A stretch of DNA of 47,484 nt, from the NCBI GenBank assembly GCA_001687465.1, contig LVLI01000204.1, forward strand, positions 124,001 through 171,484. Reading direction: 5' to 3'. A program made the position numbers and the translations under genes. The stretch is from Halocafeteria seosinensis (Eukaryota). Position 1 is the stretch's first letter. Every line of letters begins with the position of its first letter. A model generated the notes under the pieces. The model was not told the DNA's origin. It did no database searches and worked only from the letters and a program-made list of their open reading frames with translations. This document shows, in pieces, positions 46,928 through 47,484 of this stretch.

Positions 46928-47484
46928 TGACTGAATCACAGCTGGTGAGAGTCTGGGTTGTTTCCAAGAGCTTCTAATTACAGCAATGTAATTCGGTGGT
47001 TTGTGCCTAGGTCACTGTTGCCGAGGTTTTTTCCCTACTGGGTGATTTGTCGGTGAATGAATAGTCTCGTAATCTGCAGTTGTCAACGTGCAACCCGGTT
47101 CACCCGGACCTCTTGAAGAGTTCTTTGTGTACCCAGTCGTGGCGCTGCGAAACATCTTACTTCGACTGAACGCCTGAGTTGGACACAAGGGTCGCGGACT
47201 TCGTCGACAGAGGACATTACTTAGGTTCAAATCGTACACTGTTTTACCATGGTAGATGAGCGTGTAAGGGGTTTTCGAGGTCAGTTGTACAATTGTACAA
47301 GTGCCCTGGCATATGTCTGGACCGATTTTCCGCAAGGTTTCGCGCCAATTTTCTCAAAGATTTTAGCGTATCTTCACAAAAGCATCATCATCTGGAGGGC
47401 CGTATCTTTGACATGCGTACCGTATTTTTTGCACTAAAAACAGCGCCAGAATCAGCGTTTTCGGGCGATTCCAGTGGCGAGGTC

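Noticed and set aside
47012..47484. Minus-strand ORFs at the window end
   Set aside because: No recognisable product, and the possible spliced model yields only about 31 aa.

Overview
Eukaryotic nuclear DNA from a compact, gene-dense protist genome. Introns are short GT-AG type, mostly about 55-120 nt, the genetic code is standard, and neighbouring genes are often only a few bp apart. The gene content suggests a heterotrophic protist, possibly a stramenopile, but this is an inference. About 24 genes can be modelled. Most are intron-containing housekeeping genes: mitochondrial IF2, Rpn13, a Qc-SNARE, TRAPPC5, NEDD1, a PDI-type thioredoxin, two tandem Nudix hydrolases, methylmalonyl-CoA mutase, a PKA-like kinase, uL24m, twinfilin and TadA. 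Several intronless, prokaryote-like genes are mixed in. The most striking is a convergent pair of distantly paralogous AlkB-like 2OG-Fe(II) dioxygenases with overlapping 3' ends (35.6-37.7 kb). The pair lies in an intron-free block with a decayed repeat-protein gene and an 877-aa orphan. A short archaeal/bacterial-type archaemetzincin sits between the two Nudix paralogues, and an SLC13-type transporter has a decayed partial duplicate beside it. No rRNA, tRNA, CRISPR array or recognisable transposon was seen. Exon models and family assignments were made by eye and from memory, without database searches.
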